The notes beneath the pieces were generated by a model, which made no database searches, had not been told where the DNA came from, and saw only the letters and a program-made list of their open reading frames with translations. The position numbers and the translations under genes were made by a program. From Vicugna vicugna (taxonomy: Eukaryota), in the NCBI GenBank assembly GCA_013265495.1, contig MU057651.1, forward strand, positions 2,878,512 to 2,898,511: a stretch of DNA of 20,000 bases, in the 5' to 3' direction. The stretch's first letter is position 1, and every line of letters starts with the position of its first letter. This document shows, piece after piece, positions 18,451-20,000 of the stretch.

Positions 18451-20000
18451 GTCTGATGGTACGAAGGATGCTCTGGTGGAGCTTGGCTCAGGCTCTGCTG
18501 GGCTGTGGCTCTTCCCGCAGAGGCCATTATTCAGACAGAACCTTAAGAAGGATTAATCTTTTCTTCTCTGGAGTGGGTAAACAGATTGGGGATTACAGTG
18601 GTTCCTCATCTCTATTTTTCAGGTCTTCTAAGACATCCTGCGGGACCTACTTAACTCTGGGGGCTTAAAAATGAACGGATTTAAAGCAGCGAAAAATAAA
18701 ATGATTCTTAAGTGACGTCCACTGATAATCCTTAATTAATGAATTCCTTTAATTGTTACTTCTCCTCTGTTTTCTGGAAAGCTGTTGTGAGAAACGGAAC
18801 CTCATTCCAGGCATGGGTGGTGTGTGCATGCTGCAGTCTGGGGTTGGGTTACCCCCGAAGGAAGAGAGGGGACGAGAGAGGAGGAGGCAGCACTGACACC
18901 CCGGAGGTGTAGCATCCTGAAAGCATCCACTTAAATCTAGCACCAGGCTTGCAGAGACCCACCCTTAACACAGAGATTCTCAGAGCGTATGCTTGATCTC
19001 TCTGGTTCCATCATGTTCCTTTTAGATCGTGTTTTACTGAAATAAAATATGAGAAAAAATTCTCACATGCATTAAAAACAAAAGAACATCCTACTTATCA
19101 AGCACGCATCTTGCAAACCTTCTCATCCAAAGCCAGAGGCACTGGTTTGTCTCCACTTTCAACGTGGGCGCACCCTGAAGAAGACGTGGACCAGGAAACG
19201 CACGTTGAAAAATGTGCTTTCAGGTGGGAACGTGTCATTTTATAAAAAGAGGTTTGGGGACTTATGCAGAGGCCGGGGCAAAGAAAACCCACTTGCTTTT
19301 ATTATTCTCATTTTAATATGTTCCGATGGGAAAATGAGGGTGTAAATTGATAACCGTGTGGTTTATGAATGCACGCGGTAGGCAGGCATTGTGGACGATT
19401 TTGCAGGGCGATAATTTGTGAGAGCCCAGAGGGGAAACTCTCCTTGGTCCGAGTGTCAGCATCCGTCATCTTCCATGTGACAGACTCTGGGCATCCTCTC
19501 CTGTGTCCCTCCTCATCCCCAAGGAGAGGCACCAAGGGTGTGCGGGAAGATGGCCACGTATCTGGCCACTTGGGGACACAGCACCGTGGGGTGTGAAACC
19601 TCTCTTTTCTGTCTCACTTTTGGCACTGAAATTCCAACCTGCATTTTCTCATTGACTAAGGAAATCATCGCTGGCTGTGTTAGGTCCCTTCTAACCCAAG
19701 GCGTTGGAGTATAAACAGCCCAGGACACCCCAGAATGATGGTGCATGTGGAGGGCGTCATCCGCGGACACACAGCCGTTCACGGGATGATGGCTTTGTTG
19801 TGCTTGGGTCTCCGAGGGCGAGACTGACTTCCCTGAGTGTGGAGAGGGGTGGGAGGTCCAGAAGGACTCAAACGAGGCAGGAAGAGTTAAACTGGACCCT
19901 GAGGGAAGGCTAGGACGCGCTGGATGGAAAGGAGGGCAGACAGATCAGGGCTGCAGTTTGAACCTCCAACCCCAGCAGTGACAAAAGGATTTGCTCAGCG

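Overview
Mammalian genomic DNA, most likely camelid, judging from three tRNA-derived Vic-1-type SINEs and camelid-like L1 3' ends (recognised from memory, not by search). About a third of the window is interspersed repeat (L1, L2, MIR, ERV1 and MaLR LTRs). There is a 57-N gap inside a GGA-rich tract. Main result: a hand-assembled chain of up to nine minus-strand exons (6925 to 1368) whose splice phases are mutually compatible. The chain encodes about 350 aa that I cannot assign to a known family. It carries one in-frame TGA and one non-canonical (GA) donor, so it is probably a decaying gene or unitary pseudogene. One of its introns holds an ERV1 LTR split by a ~360-nt polyadenylated retrocopy with a 15-bp target-site duplication. 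Also present are a ~170-bp degenerate interstitial telomeric (CCCTAA)n tract, a strong CTCF core motif, and CpG enrichment in old repeats suggestive of a subtelomeric, high-recombination setting. No prokaryotic-type features.
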